From an uncultured Methanospirillum sp. (lineage in GTDB: Archaea > Halobacteriota > Methanomicrobia > Methanomicrobiales > Methanospirillaceae), in NCBI GenBank assembly GCA_964637135.1, contig CAZWTX010000001.1, forward strand, positions 62,001-126,000: DNA of 64,000 bases. Reading direction: 5' to 3'. The notes under the pieces were generated by a model. It had not been told where the DNA came from and searched no databases. It saw only the letters and a list, made by a program, of their open reading frames with translations. The number at the start of each line of letters is the position of its first letter. The stretch's first letter is position 1. Below, one piece after another: positions 19,071 to 30,662 of this stretch. The position numbers and the translations under genes were made by a program.

Positions 19071-19490
19071 TTAACCGGTACCTGAATGATTCTCCCGTAC
19101 CTCCCGGTAATGGGGATTCTCCATTAATCCAAGGATGTTTCCGAAGGGATCGATCACCGATGCAGTGATGAAGCCGTTTCCCCGATCCATGATCGGTTCC
19201 CATTCCCGGGCTCCCATGGCGAGGAGACGGTCACGGGTACCTGCAACATCATCAACCTGCCAGTAGACAACGGCCCCGGCTGGTCCGGATCCCAATCCGG
19301 GAGGAGCATATGCCCGATCAATCAGGCCGAGTTCCTGCTGGAAGTCACCGAGACGAAATTCCACATAGCCCGGGCGTTCAAAATAGGGGGTGATTCCCGT
19401 GCATTCCATGTACCATTGCCTGGCGGCAGGAAGGTCTGCCACGTACAGGGTGATCGTAGCTATCCCACGTAGTACTGATCTGTTTTCCAT
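19071..19490 (-). CDS. VOC family (glyoxalase/bleomycin-resistance) protein
   Basis: YVADLPAARQWY, YWQVDDV and DPFGNILGL motifs; start chosen at ATG 19490 rather than the longer ORF-track start. Confidence 0.9.
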   Translation of the reverse strand: MENRSVLRGIATITLYVADLPAARQWYMECTGITPYFERPGYVEFRLGDFQQELGLIDRAYAPPGLGSGPAGAVVYWQVDDVAGTRDRLLAMGAREWEPIMDRGNGFITASVIDPFGNILGLMENPHYREVRENHSGTG

Positions 19491-19923
19491 TGCCGGATAC
19501 CTTTTCCCGGTGACAGGATTCCGGAGGTGAACCCGGATCTTCACCGTATCGTTTCTCTGCTGTAGTGGACGATAGGAATACCGATACGGATACCGGGAGT
19601 ACTCCCACCAGTCAGTCACACCGGCAGGTTCGAAATCTTCGGACGAGCAGGTACCGTGACACGTGCAGGTTCCTATCCTGAATGCGATCATGAACTGGTA
19701 TTGGACTGGGCTCCAGCCTAGAGATGTACAGAGATGTACATATCTGGTTACCCATAGATTCATAGGATTTCAGGCTAAAAACCGACAGAGAATGAACAAT
19801 CGGAATCTTCAATACAGTGGAAACTGATGGTGAATACGAGCAGTTTTTCCTGACATATGGATCCGGCATCCGGACGTACCTTTCATGGTTCTGAATCAGG
19901 CAAAAACGGGAACATAGGATGTA

Positions 19924-22146
19924 ATGAACAGAGTGCCCTCTCTTCTCTGCGTGGATATCGAAACCGGTAAAACGGAAATAGCCGGTCTGTTTCGAGAATG
20001 TCTGAAAGATTTCAGGATAGATGTATGCCCTTCTGCCGAGGAGGCACTTACAGATCCCTCCCTTTCGGAATACTCGGTTATTGTATCAGAATACGCCCTT
20101 CCGGGAATGAATGGGATCGCTTTTCTGAGAGAGATCCGAAACCGGTTTGGGAACATCCCATTCGGGTTTCTAACCGGCAGCGGTAATGAAGAGATTGCTA
20201 TCAGGGCGCTGGATGAAAAGGCTGACTTTTATGTCCGTAAGGAACCTGACCTCCCGGCAGCGATCTTGAGGCTGGCCGGGAAGGTTCGCCAGGTAGTATC
20301 GGGAAGAACAGCAGGAAATGTAATAGAGCTCGAAGAATCAAAATTCAGGGAACTTGCCGGTTTTATACCGCAGATGGCGTTTGAGACCGACACACATCTC
20401 CGGATTACCTATGCAAATCCCGCTGCCCTCGCACGGTTCGGATATTCTCATGATGACGATGTCCAGGGGATTGACGTTCTTTCCCTGATCCATCCCTCCG
20501 GGCATGAACTGATGAGAGAGAACGTGAACCGGATTATCAGAAAAGAATCCTTCGAACCCCATGAATACACAGCATTAACCCGTGACGGGAGAGCGTTCCC
20601 GGTGATCATCGATTCGGCTCCGATATATATAGATGGCAGGATCTCCGGATTCCGGGGAATTGTAATGGATATCACCACCCAGAAGAAACTTGAACAGACC
20701 ATCCGGGAAAACGAGGAGAAATTCCGGACTCTGGTTGATCATTCCCAGGATGGTATCCTGATCCTTGATCCGACCGGGACCATTCTTTTTGGAAACCGTG
20801 CAGCAGCGAAGATCATTGGAATAGAAGATCCCGGACCGGTAGTTCGTAGCAGAAACGTGATTGAATTTATCAGCCCTTCATCACGGGATGCTGTAATGCG
20901 CGATTTTGCAAACGTCGCAGGCGGCACTGACGGTTATCTGGCGAGATACCGGATTCTGACCCTGACCGGGGAAGAGCGGTGCGTTGAGAGTATTGGAAAA
21001 ACGATCCTCTTCCAGAATAATCCTGCGATCCTCATCTCACTTCGTGATGTCACTGACCGGCAGCAGTACGAAGAGAGACTGAAAAAGACCACGACTGACC
21101 TCGAGCAGATCATCAGGAACATGATCAACGGGTTTGTCATATGGGAGTCTGTCTTTGATACAGAAGGGAAATGCATCAGTTTTCGGTTTGGATTCTTTAA
21201 TGATGCATATGCCCGTATCTCCGGACTGAACTGTGAAGATGTGAAAGGAAAAGATGTCTTAGAGATCTGGCCGGATACCGAACAGAACTGGATTGAAGTG
21301 TTTGGCCGTGTTGCCATTACCGGCATGCCGGAGGTCTTTGACATGTATCACGGACCGACCCGGGGATGGTACCATTGCAATGCGTACCGCCCGAATAATT
21401 CGCCGGAGAAGATCTGTGTCATGTTTGAGGATATCACCGAACAGCGTCAGAATGAAGATGCCCTCCGGATGGCTAACAAAAAACTCAATCTCCTGTCCGG
21501 AATCACCCGCCATGACATCAATAACCAGCTCACCACCCTGAACGGGTATATCGATGTACTCTCCCAGTCGACTTCAGACCCTGCGGTCATGAAATACGCT
21601 CCCGGCATCACAGACGTAATCACCCGTATCACTGACATGATCCGCTTTACCCGTGAGTACGAGCTGATTGGGGTGAATGCTCCTCTCTGGCAGGATGTCC
21701 AGGTACTGGTGAACGGGGCAAAAGAGCGGGGGATCCCGAAAAAAATCCATTATCTTAATGAAATCCCGATGCATCTGGAGATTTTTGCCGATCCACTTAT
21801 CACGAAGGTCTTTTTCAACCTTGTGGATAATGCCATCCGTCACGGGGGTCCGGTCTCAATGATCCGGTTTTATGGTACGAATGAAGGAACCAGCCTGAAG
21901 ATCATCTGCGAGGATAATGGCGGGGGTATTCCCGACGATGAAAAGGAATTGATATTCTCCCGAAAATTTGGAAAGAATACCGGGTACGGCCTGTATATTG
22001 CACGGGAAATTCTGGATATCACCGGTCTTTCCATCAATGAAACCGGGATATATGGAACGGGTGCACGGTTCGAGATTTCTGTTCCAGAGGGATCCTGGCG
22101 GTACCGGAAAACGAAAAGAAGACAAAACAACCGTCCCCCGTCCTGA
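19924..22146 (+). CDS. Hybrid sensor histidine kinase (REC-like, 3 PAS, HisKA, HATPase)
   Basis: Degenerate receiver domain, PAS/PAC repeats, H-box ITRHDINNQL, NLVDNAIRHG, EDNGGGI and GYGLY motifs. Confidence 0.93.
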   Translation: MNRVPSLLCVDIETGKTEIAGLFRECLKDFRIDVCPSAEEALTDPSLSEYSVIVSEYALPGMNGIAFLREIRNRFGNIPFGFLTGSGNEEIAIRALDEKADFYVRKEPDLPAAILRLAGKVRQVVSGRTAGNVIELEESKFRELAGFIPQMAFETDTHLRITYANPAALARFGYSHDDDVQGIDVLSLIHPSGHELMRENVNRIIRKESFEPHEYTALTRDGRAFPVIIDSAPIYIDGRISGFRGIVMDITTQKKLEQTIRENEEKFRTLVDHSQDGILILDPTGTILFGNRAAAKIIGIEDPGPVVRSRNVIEFISPSSRDAVMRDFANVAGGTDGYLARYRILTLTGEERCVESIGKTILFQNNPAILISLRDVTDRQQYEERLKKTTTDLEQIIRNMINGFVIWESVFDTEGKCISFRFGFFNDAYARISGLNCEDVKGKDVLEIWPDTEQNWIEVFGRVAITGMPEVFDMYHGPTRGWYHCNAYRPNNSPEKICVMFEDITEQRQNEDALRMANKKLNLLSGITRHDINNQLTTLNGYIDVLSQSTSDPAVMKYAPGITDVITRITDMIRFTREYELIGVNAPLWQDVQVLVNGAKERGIPKKIHYLNEIPMHLEIFADPLITKVFFNLVDNAIRHGGPVSMIRFYGTNEGTSLKIICEDNGGGIPDDEKELIFSRKFGKNTGYGLYIAREILDITGLSINETGIYGTGARFEISVPEGSWRYRKTKRRQNNRPPS

Positions 22147-23352
22147 TCACCGGGTCATGATACTTCTGATGAATTCCATTATCCTTCCGATAAGCCCGAT
22201 ATCCGGACCCTCAAACTCCAGCCTGACCTGTTCAAGATAATCCCGGATCGGAATCTTCTGAGGACATTTCTTCTCACATCCTCCGCATTTTTTACATAGG
22301 GAAGCACCGGACTGGTTCAGGAAGACATGATGCGTCTCGTAAATATGCCGGTATGTGTACCGACCGGTGATATCAAAGATATGGGCACTATTGTAGAGAT
22401 CAAAACATTCGGGTATGTTCACTCCATACGGACAGGGCATACAATACCGGCAGGAAGTACAGGGAATGATCATGAGATTTTTGTACGTCTCACTCACCTG
22501 TCTGATAACATCGTGCTCCTCCCCGGTCAGGGAGCACGGATATCCCTCTGATGCGGTCTGTCGGTTTTCATCGATCTGCACGATTTCATTCATTCCTGAA
22601 AGGACCATGGTGACCTCCGGATGATCCCATATCCACCGGAGTGCCCATGCCGCAGGGGTTCGTGTGAGATCAGATTTCGCAAATATCGCTGTAACCGCAG
22701 GAGGAATTCTTTTTACCAGGCTGCCTCCCCTGAGCGGTTCCATTACGAAGACCCCGATACCCCGTTCAGCTGCATACTTCAGGCCACCAGTTCCGGCCTG
22801 AGTATTCTCGTCAAGATAGTTGTACTGAATCTGACAAAAATCCCAGGAATATCCGTCGATAATCTCCCGGAATGAATGAAATGTATCATGAAATGAAAAT
22901 CCCGCGTAGGAAATCCTGCCGTCAGCTTTTGCAGTCTCGAGAAAATCGCCGATTCCTAGACGAACCAATCGTTCCCAGTGCCCGCCGGTGAGGGCATGGA
23001 CAAGATAGAAATCGATATGACGAGTCCCCAGTTTCTCCATCTGGAGAGCGAGAAACCGGTCCATGTCCTCGCGGCAGGTTACCAGCCACTGGGGCATCTT
23101 GGTAGCAATCCTGACTTTTTCGCGGTATCCGTCCCGTAACGCTTCTCCGACAACTATCTCACTCTCGCCGTCATGGTATGTCCACGAGGTGTCAATATAG
23201 ACAATCCCCTGATCAATCGCATGCCTGATGATCCTGATTGCGTTTTCCCGATCGATCTTCCCGTCCCGTTCTGGAAGACGCATCGCCCCGAATCCAAGGA
23301 TAGGAAGTTCGTCATCGGTTCCCGGGAGCCTCCGGCAGGGGATGAAGTTCAT
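22147..23352 (-). CDS. Aldo/keto reductase with C-terminal 4Fe-4S domain
   Basis: LGFGAMRLP, DTSWTYH, IATK and QIQYNYLD motifs; CTSCRYCMPCP and CKKCGGCEKKCPQ clusters. Confidence 0.95.
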   Translation of the reverse strand: MNFIPCRRLPGTDDELPILGFGAMRLPERDGKIDRENAIRIIRHAIDQGIVYIDTSWTYHDGESEIVVGEALRDGYREKVRIATKMPQWLVTCREDMDRFLALQMEKLGTRHIDFYLVHALTGGHWERLVRLGIGDFLETAKADGRISYAGFSFHDTFHSFREIIDGYSWDFCQIQYNYLDENTQAGTGGLKYAAERGIGVFVMEPLRGGSLVKRIPPAVTAIFAKSDLTRTPAAWALRWIWDHPEVTMVLSGMNEIVQIDENRQTASEGYPCSLTGEEHDVIRQVSETYKNLMIIPCTSCRYCMPCPYGVNIPECFDLYNSAHIFDITGRYTYRHIYETHHVFLNQSGASLCKKCGGCEKKCPQKIPIRDYLEQVRLEFEGPDIGLIGRIMEFIRSIMTR

Positions 23353-23483
23353 GATAGTATCTGAACCGGTGTGGATTAATAGGAGACAGGATACCTCCCT
23401 TCAGTAAGGAACGAACCGGTAACCGGGGAGATTACTCACCCGGCCGAAAAAAGGGGTAACTCATAGCCGGTACAGACGATTAT

Positions 23484-26309
23484 TCAGGTGGTTTTGAATT
23501 TGCCCATTTCGCTTGATATCTTCTCTACAATTTCGATGATGCCTCCCATGATCTTCCCTATTTCATCAACGGATGCACTTGCTTCCTCGGTTGCGGCTAC
23601 CGCGTCACCAGCCTCGGTTGACGTGCTGAGGATCAGGTTTGACACCTCCTGGATGCTGGCAGTAACTTCCTCAACCGAAGCTGCCTGTTCTTCAGATGCC
23701 GATGCCACATCCATCGTGTTATTGTTGATCATCTCTATCGTCCCGGCGATCTGGTTGAATGCAGCCACGGTCTGTTCAAGGGCCCTGCTCCCATCGGTGA
23801 CCGCGATGGTGGACCGGCTCATGGCATCAGTTGCCTGTTTTGCCTGTTGCTGTAATGCGGCAATCATTTCAGCAATATCCTCGGCCGATTTCCGGGAATC
23901 CTGGGCAAGTGATTTCACCTCGGCTGCAACAACGGCAAATCCCCTCCCTGCTTCACCTGCCCGGGCTGCTTCAATGGCAGCATTTAATGCAAGCAGATTT
24001 GTCTGGTTCGCAATATCTGTGATGAGCCTGACGATCTTGCCGATCTCATCCATGCGGGAGTTAATGCCGCTCACGATAGTACCTACTTCGTTCGTGGAAC
24101 CGGTGATGTCATGCATTGCCTTTTCAGACTGACGGGAAAGCCCGATACCTCCCTTTGCAAGATCATTTGCTTCATTTGAAGCAACTGAAACCGATTCGGC
24201 TTTTCGTGATACAGATGCCACGGTCTCATTCAGGTCTTCCATCGCCCGGAGAACCTGTGCCATCCCGTCACCCCCCTGCTCGGCATTCTGGCTGACCTTT
24301 CCGGCATTACGGGTTATCTGCTGGGATCCGGCGATGACTTCCTCGATACTCGCATTTGCTTCCTCAGCACTCGTTGCAAGGCTCGTAATATTTGTATTAA
24401 TCAGGGATATTGCAGCAGAAATCCGGATCCCGATGTTGTTGAGTGCATCCTTAAACCGGATCCAGTCTCCCGTCGCGTCAATCCGGTCGTCAAACTGTTC
24501 TGCAAAATTATAATCCGCATATTCTCCTGCAATTCGCATGGACTCCCGGATCGGGATCATTATCGAATCAAGCGTCTGGTTCATTCCTGAGATGACTTTC
24601 CGGTAATCTCCCTCGTGAAGCGATGCGTCAGAACGAAAAGTGAGATCCCCTGCGATCGCAGCCCGTGCCAGGGCCTCAGATTCGTCTACCACCCGTGCAA
24701 TGGCACCGCGGGCCTCATCAAGAGCAGTGCTGATTTTTACAAACTGTTCGCGTGCCGATTCAGAATTCTCATCTGCATCGAGAACAGCCATTTTGAACGT
24801 AGTATCACCCCTGGAAAGTGAAGCAATACTCTTCTGTACGATCTCCACGGACTGTTCAAGATACCTGACCATCGCGGTTACTGCGGTCATATCAGAAAAC
24901 ACTTCCATGAATCTGATGATCTCTCCCTTTTGATCCAGCACGGGAATATACACGACTTCAAGATGCCGGATCCCGGCCGGACAATCGATCTTGATCCGTG
25001 CCCGGGCAGGCTTTTTGTTCTTTATGGCATCCTGAAACGATTCTCCGCTCCGCTCAAGAACAGTGATATCAGTCAGTTTCATCTTCAGGGTTTCTTCCTT
25101 GCTGTATCCAAGGATCTTCGTAAATGCGGGATTTATATCCGTAAACCGCATATCAGGATTCATCTTCAGGATGGCATGCGGGTTCTCCTGGATCAGGGTT
25201 TCTATCTCTTCGATGTAGGCAATCTGGTCTGAAACATCGATATACATCGCAACAAGGCTAACAACATCCCCGTTTGCATTGGTAACCGGGATGTAGGTAA
25301 AATCAAGGGTCTTCACGGCCCATCCGAAGTCAACAACCAGTTTACCTTTTGCAGTTTTCTTCGACACAAGAATTTCTTTCAGGGGTGTTCCTTCCCTTTT
25401 AAGGATATTGAATTCCTGTATGTTCATGGAGAGGAGTTTATCTTCAGGAATATGCGAGATATCAAGGAATGAGGGATTGACCGAGAGGATTTTTCCCTGG
25501 GGATCCATCGTGAGAATGGAAGCCGGGTTTTGCGCGATAAGTGAATCAGATTCATGTATCTTCTCGAACAGGCGGGTGAGATCAAGAAAGATATCATAGA
25601 TATGAACCAGGTTCCCGTCAGCGTCAAAAACCGGAATATATGAATATTCCAGGTTCTTTATGCCGGTTGGAAAATCTACTACAATATTTCCGGTAACCGT
25701 CTCTTTTTTCCGTATTGCTTCGCCAATCGTGGGTCCGTTCCGCTCAACCACCGTAAATTCCTTTAATGCTCTCCCGATCCATTCTTCCCGCTGATACCCG
25801 GACAATCCTAAAAATGCAGAATTAACATCGGCGATGGTATGATCCGGGTTGAGGGTAAGGATAGCGTATGGATTGTGCCGTGTCATGGCATCAATCTCTT
25901 CAACCCTGACAAAACCGGTGTAATCGGTGATCATGTACAGGATGTACTGCCCATCATCTGACCGGATCGTGTCAAGGGTTACCTTCGCATGGAAGGAATG
26001 ACCGGAAAGAGTCGCATGATCGAAGAAGAACGAGAGGGATCCCTGATCCTGAAGGGTTTGAAAGAACCGGTTACTTTCTCTCCGGGAATCATTCCCGTTT
26101 GTCTGGTTCACGGGATACAACCGGGCCGGTTCGCATCCGATAATCTCCTCCCGACTTGCTGCTCCGAAGATGCGGAGGGTTGCGTTGTTACAATCAACAA
26201 TGAGACCTGATTGCCCGATGATGAGAATGGCATCCGGGATAGCATCGATGATTGCCTTGAGCGGGGAACTCTTTTCAGTTTGAAAAAAAGGTTCGTTTGT
26301 ACCTGTCAT
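23484..26309 (-). CDS. Cytoplasmic methyl-accepting chemotaxis protein with four PAS domains
   Basis: [37 protein letters not shown] hairpin, repeated PAS units, no transmembrane helices. Confidence 0.95.
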   Translation of the reverse strand: MTGTNEPFFQTEKSSPLKAIIDAIPDAILIIGQSGLIVDCNNATLRIFGAASREEIIGCEPARLYPVNQTNGNDSRRESNRFFQTLQDQGSLSFFFDHATLSGHSFHAKVTLDTIRSDDGQYILYMITDYTGFVRVEEIDAMTRHNPYAILTLNPDHTIADVNSAFLGLSGYQREEWIGRALKEFTVVERNGPTIGEAIRKKETVTGNIVVDFPTGIKNLEYSYIPVFDADGNLVHIYDIFLDLTRLFEKIHESDSLIAQNPASILTMDPQGKILSVNPSFLDISHIPEDKLLSMNIQEFNILKREGTPLKEILVSKKTAKGKLVVDFGWAVKTLDFTYIPVTNANGDVVSLVAMYIDVSDQIAYIEEIETLIQENPHAILKMNPDMRFTDINPAFTKILGYSKEETLKMKLTDITVLERSGESFQDAIKNKKPARARIKIDCPAGIRHLEVVYIPVLDQKGEIIRFMEVFSDMTAVTAMVRYLEQSVEIVQKSIASLSRGDTTFKMAVLDADENSESAREQFVKISTALDEARGAIARVVDESEALARAAIAGDLTFRSDASLHEGDYRKVISGMNQTLDSIMIPIRESMRIAGEYADYNFAEQFDDRIDATGDWIRFKDALNNIGIRISAAISLINTNITSLATSAEEANASIEEVIAGSQQITRNAGKVSQNAEQGGDGMAQVLRAMEDLNETVASVSRKAESVSVASNEANDLAKGGIGLSRQSEKAMHDITGSTNEVGTIVSGINSRMDEIGKIVRLITDIANQTNLLALNAAIEAARAGEAGRGFAVVAAEVKSLAQDSRKSAEDIAEMIAALQQQAKQATDAMSRSTIAVTDGSRALEQTVAAFNQIAGTIEMINNNTMDVASASEEQAASVEEVTASIQEVSNLILSTSTEAGDAVAATEEASASVDEIGKIMGGIIEIVEKISSEMGKFKTT

Positions 26310-26647
26310 ATCATCAGCCTGGTTAGTATTTCGGTATTACCGGTCGGGTTTTCTTATATCCTCATCTGTTGGGGGGAGTATTAAAGAGGATGGTGTTGTA
26401 CATCCGGTTTCTCATACTGGTTCTCCGGATTCATGATATCCGTGAATTACCGGAATATCAGGATGGTGCATGATACTCCCCATCATCCGGGGTCTCTAAT
26501 CCGGCCGGAGGGAGCGGATGAATGTGTGGTTCTGTCTTCACGATGAAACGAAGAAGATAAACCGGCAGTGTAAAACCGGGTGAACCGGGATTGACCGGTT
26601 GGAGTAATCCTGAAGCGGCGGGATGAACGGCAGATGCCGGTTCGGGG

Positions 26648-27301
26648 TCATCCTGATACCGGACCGGTCTGCAGGTACGGATACGCCGCGATCAACTCTT
26701 CGCGCCTGGCTCTTTTTTCTCCGATGAATTCATCAATCTGGCTGATATTCCCTGCAAGGTTCTCTCCTCCAGGTGAGGTCTCATCAGGTATGGTCCACGA
26801 GCTGATGACCTGCTTCATCTGTTCCATTGCCTTGATCTGGCGGGTAAGGGTCATCCATTGATCGCTGATTTCACAGGGAACACCGTTATCCTGTGACGAC
26901 CGGGCAAATGCAACTATCTGGTTATACCAGGAGAAGAACTCAGTTATCGTCTCACAGAATTCTGCCTCCATGAACGGTTTCGGGATGAAACCCCAAACCT
27001 GCTCCCCGTACCGCATCACTTCGTCAACGAGAAGTTTTTTTGCTGACGCAAGGAGGATCGGGGTTTTCAGATCCCCGGGAAGGACCTTGAAATGTTCAAG
27101 GGTATCCCATCCGTCAAGGGGATCCATCATGATATCGAGAAGAATGAGATCAAACTGCTTTGATTTTAATTTGATTAACCCTTCAGCCGGACTGTCAACC
27201 ATGATACTGGCATATCCACATGTCGCGAGGGCACTATGAATCGCCTCTCTGAACACGGCCTCGTCGTCAATGATCAGGATGTTTCGTATTGGTGCAGTCA
27301 T
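26648..27301 (-). CDS. Response regulator (receiver domain plus helical C-terminal region)
   Basis: ILIIDDE, DLILLDIMM.PLDGW, SA and KPF motifs. Confidence 0.9.
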   Translation of the reverse strand: MTAPIRNILIIDDEAVFREAIHSALATCGYASIMVDSPAEGLIKLKSKQFDLILLDIMMDPLDGWDTLEHFKVLPGDLKTPILLASAKKLLVDEVMRYGEQVWGFIPKPFMEAEFCETITEFFSWYNQIVAFARSSQDNGVPCEISDQWMTLTRQIKAMEQMKQVISSWTIPDETSPGGENLAGNISQIDEFIGEKRARREELIAAYPYLQTGPVSG

Positions 27302-27528
27302 GATCCGGTACCTTCAGGGATATCTGGTGCTCATCCCGATATATATGTCCATTGGTAATCTCCCGGTACTTTTCCCGGCACTATCTTCCGGCAGGATCCA
27401 TCCGAAGAAAAAAACCGGGACCCGTGTTCTCCTGACGATTGCCGAAAATAGGGGGGCCCGGATTATGCCTCATAGATGAACCGGCAGATGGATACCTTGA
27501 ACAGATCGCCATGGCAAGATGTAGATCA

Positions 27529-27855
27529 ATGGATAATGAGCAGAATGACCATGCGAGTGATCTCGGGCATCTGAAAACAGAAGCAGCCGGGGCGCTTGAA
27601 GCGATTGCACGAACCCTTCGTAGTGCTGACGCATCTCCCGGAGAGGAAGAGATCGCCCGTCTTCTCAATGATGCTGAAATCCTGATTACAGAACTCAAAA
27701 CAGCAGCTGATGCAGAGGTACAGAAGATTGAATCCGAATACCGGGGACAGGTGGAATCGGTCGAACAGGTTATCGCAGATCATCCCCTCCCCTCCGTACT
27801 CATTGCTGCCGGTGCGGGAATCCTGATGGGAATGCTTCTTTCAGGCCGACGGTAG
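27529..27855 (+). CDS. DUF883/ElaB/YqjD-like tail-anchored protein
   Basis: Helical N-terminus, then HPLPSVLIAAGAGILMGMLLSGRR C-terminal anchor. Confidence 0.75.
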   Translation: MDNEQNDHASDLGHLKTEAAGALEAIARTLRSADASPGEEEIARLLNDAEILITELKTAADAEVQKIESEYRGQVESVEQVIADHPLPSVLIAAGAGILMGMLLSGRR

Positions 27856-27859
27856 AACA

Positions 27860-28231
27860 ATGGGAGCGGTCACAGAACAGGAAGGAGAGGCGGATAGTGA
27901 GATAACCCGAATGATGGGATTCATCGGCATGTACATTGAGCAGAAGATCGATCTGCTCCTTCAGCATTACCTGCTTGACCCTGCCGACGCCCTCTTCAGG
28001 AGGCTCATGATCGTCTCCGTCATTATTACCTTCCTGGTTTTTGGCATTCTTGTTCTTGTAACCGGGTTTATCCTCCTTCTTGCCGAAGTGATCCCACTCT
28101 GGGCATCCCTCCTGGCTGTCGGAGGAATGGCATGTATTATCGGGGGAGGTATCGCGTACCATCTCTTCGCTTCTCCGATCATCCTCAAGACACCCCATGC
28201 TGAAGAACAGGAGCGTCATGACGTATCGTAA
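27860..28231 (+). CDS. Two-TM membrane protein (YqjE/holin-like superfamily)
   Basis: Two long hydrophobic helices with a PLWAS turn; starts 4 nt after the DUF883-like gene. Confidence 0.65.
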   Translation: MGAVTEQEGEADSEITRMMGFIGMYIEQKIDLLLQHYLLDPADALFRRLMIVSVIITFLVFGILVLVTGFILLLAEVIPLWASLLAVGGMACIIGGGIAYHLFASPIILKTPHAEEQERHDVS

Positions 28232-28625
28232 ACGGATTACCGAAGAAGATCTCAATTTCACGCGCAGCCTGATCGCCGGTTCATACGGAACCCTGAAACA
28301 ATCAGCACTGTCACTCCCGTCACAGGTTCTTTGCTCGACTGAGCGGACCATCCGCCGGTACCCGGCCGGCAGTGTCGTCATGCTCGTTATTGCCGGAGGA
28401 ATCCTGTACGGATTATTCAGGGCTGCACCCCGGTATGCACGGTCAGGGACGGTTCACGACCGGACAAATGCTGCTTCATCACCGGATAGTATGTTCCGTG
28501 ACATCCTTATCCGGACAATCCCATTCTCGGTACCATACCTCCTCGCGTTCATCCGATACGGCCTGAACAGAGTCAGACCGGATGTACCGGACGTTCATCT
28601 GACAAAAGAGAATAACCGGATTTAA
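28218..28625 (+). CDS. Hypothetical single-TM protein (YqjK/DUF883-like)
   Basis: Start preceded by CAGGAG and overlapping the previous ORF; IRRYP followed by a TM helix. Confidence 0.6.
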   Translation: MTYRKRITEEDLNFTRSLIAGSYGTLKQSALSLPSQVLCSTERTIRRYPAGSVVMLVIAGGILYGLFRAAPRYARSGTVHDRTNAASSPDSMFRDILIRTIPFSVPYLLAFIRYGLNRVRPDVPDVHLTKENNRI

Positions 28626-28649
28626 TGCGGAGGAATCCGAATTATTTTT

Positions 28650-29288
28650 ATGATGATCTTCCTTCTCCTCTGCGCCCTGCTGATAATCGGAGCGATTGTT
28701 CTCTGTTCCCTTGCCTGGCGGTACTGGTCACGACAGCGCTCACTGCCCTGTCCGGTCTGGATGAGATGGCTTCTAGATCCCCGGTTTTCAGAAAAACCCA
28801 GCCGGAGAACCAGAAAGACCATAGAACTGCTTGATATCACTCCGGGAATGGATGTCCTGGATGCCGGTTGCGGACCAGGGAGGCTTTCCCTTCCAATCGC
28901 ACGGATGCTCGGTGATACCGGAAGGGTAACCGCCATGGATATCCAGGAGGGAATGCTTGCGATCGTCCGCAGGCGGGCAGAGGAAGAAGGCATCCTCACC
29001 ATTTCGCTTCTCCAGGGCGGTATCGGTGAAGGAAAACTGGATCATAACCGGTACGACCGGGTTCTTCTCATCACGGTTCTTGGCGAGATTCCGGACCGGG
29101 ACAGTGCGTTACAGGAGATCTATGCTGCCCTCAGACCAGGTGGAATGCTCCTTATCGAGGAAACGATACGGGATCCCCATTTCCAGAGAGCGGGAACCGT
29201 TCGTGAACTCTCTGTAAAGGCCGGTTTTATTGAACGGATGTTCGATGGTACCCGGTTTAATTATACCATGCTTTTTCAAAAAAACTGA
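28650..29288 (+). CDS. Class I SAM-dependent methyltransferase with N-terminal membrane anchor
   Basis: VLDAGCGPG, AMDIQ and LRPGG motifs; hydrophobic N-terminus. Confidence 0.92.
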   Translation: MMIFLLLCALLIIGAIVLCSLAWRYWSRQRSLPCPVWMRWLLDPRFSEKPSRRTRKTIELLDITPGMDVLDAGCGPGRLSLPIARMLGDTGRVTAMDIQEGMLAIVRRRAEEEGILTISLLQGGIGEGKLDHNRYDRVLLITVLGEIPDRDSALQEIYAALRPGGMLLIEETIRDPHFQRAGTVRELSVKAGFIERMFDGTRFNYTMLFQKN

Positions 29289-29356
29289 TACCAGGACAGG
29301 AGTGAAGACCGGAAAAATCTGCTACCGGTATGATTTGCTCCGAGAATCCCGGTTCT

Positions 29357-29671
29357 TCAGATTTCGGGTATCATCGCGAAGAAATGGACAGAAACATTCT
29401 CGGTTCCGATCCAGTATCCCCGGTGATCTCTCTCCCACGATGCAGAGAACCCACCGGCTGTGAGAAACCCTTCCAGCCGGTAAAAATCGGTGAGAACATA
29501 GTACAGGGGCATTGAAAGCACGTCAATAATCCTGAACCGGGTATCTGAGATGACCACTTCATCTCCCGCTGTACCAAAAGGAGCAGGCAAGGTGATGGTG
29601 ACGCTCATTCCGGAAAGCAGGTTTTTCACATACCCTCGTGGGATATCTGCAGGAAACTGCACCTCACTCAT
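29357..29671 (-). CDS. Hypothetical protein, ASCH/PUA-like fold
   Basis: GD.V.I, I.DV, EGF, W..DH and VHFF pattern typical of ASCH-like proteins; GGGGGA RBS. Confidence 0.6.
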   Translation of the reverse strand: MSEVQFPADIPRGYVKNLLSGMSVTITLPAPFGTAGDEVVISDTRFRIIDVLSMPLYYVLTDFYRLEGFLTAGGFSASWERDHRGYWIGTENVSVHFFAMIPEI

Positions 29672-30662
29672 GGTATTCCCCCAGGCAGGAGCCGGTTCGT
29701 GAACGGAATATGACCAGTCTTACCGGTTCTCTCTCCGGATAAAACCGCCGTTTTCGGATGATACAGGCCGGTCCCCGCTCTTTTCTGCGGGGCACGGACA
29801 TCACCCACGCCATCATTATCACCGGTGACACGTATCAATCGGCATTCAGGGTTCTCTTTCCGGTACCTGATCTTCATGCCCTGCAGAAACCCCCTGTGAT
29901 CATCCAGAAAAACCATTATTGCCATCATTCTTCCTGCCGGGGATGAATATACTGGAGATCATCCCCGCTTCTCACACCTACAGTCCCCATCAGGTATTCC
30001 GGAGACGAACCTGCCTCATTCCCCCTGAATCTGGTGCATATGAGAGGGATAGTCATTTCTGCCCATGGCTCCTGATAGAACCCTTGTTTTTTACAGGATG
30101 ATATGTGCTGAGCGGGTACATCATTTATAGGTAACGAAATAGTCCTGCCGTACAGGATGCCAATCACTGATCTTTCACAGGCGATTATACCAGAATTTCT
30201 GAATCCCCCTATTAAATGAAATATCCGGATATCCTGCCGGGAATATCCCATACCCGATCCTGTGGAACACCGGGAGTGGACAGGGAGAACCGGTCAAATT
30301 TGCCGGATTTCAGATGGGTTCAAACGGGTACAGAGTACCAAAGAACCGGATCAATTCTTTCAGGCCCGTTCTCAATCCTGTCCGATCAGATCACCTTTAT
30401 GTTCAGGTTTCCTGCAGATGGAGGAGAACCCCGTATCATATCTGACGACAATCCGTCTCATCTCTCCGGTCCGTTTTCACTGTTTTATGAGAGAATCACC
30501 TTTGGAGATTTCCGTTCATGCCAGACCATGGACACTGACAGCAGGAAGCAATTGAATACCCTGGACGATATCTATTACATGTTCAGGAACAGAGTCGAAA
30601 CTAACCTGCCAGTATAACCCATTCTCCCGTTTCGGTGGAATTATTCCCCACGAATTCGAGAT

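Noticed and set aside
19720..19740. 10-bp tandem repeat GAGATGTACA x2
   Set aside because: Only two copies with no spacer; consistent with simple slippage.
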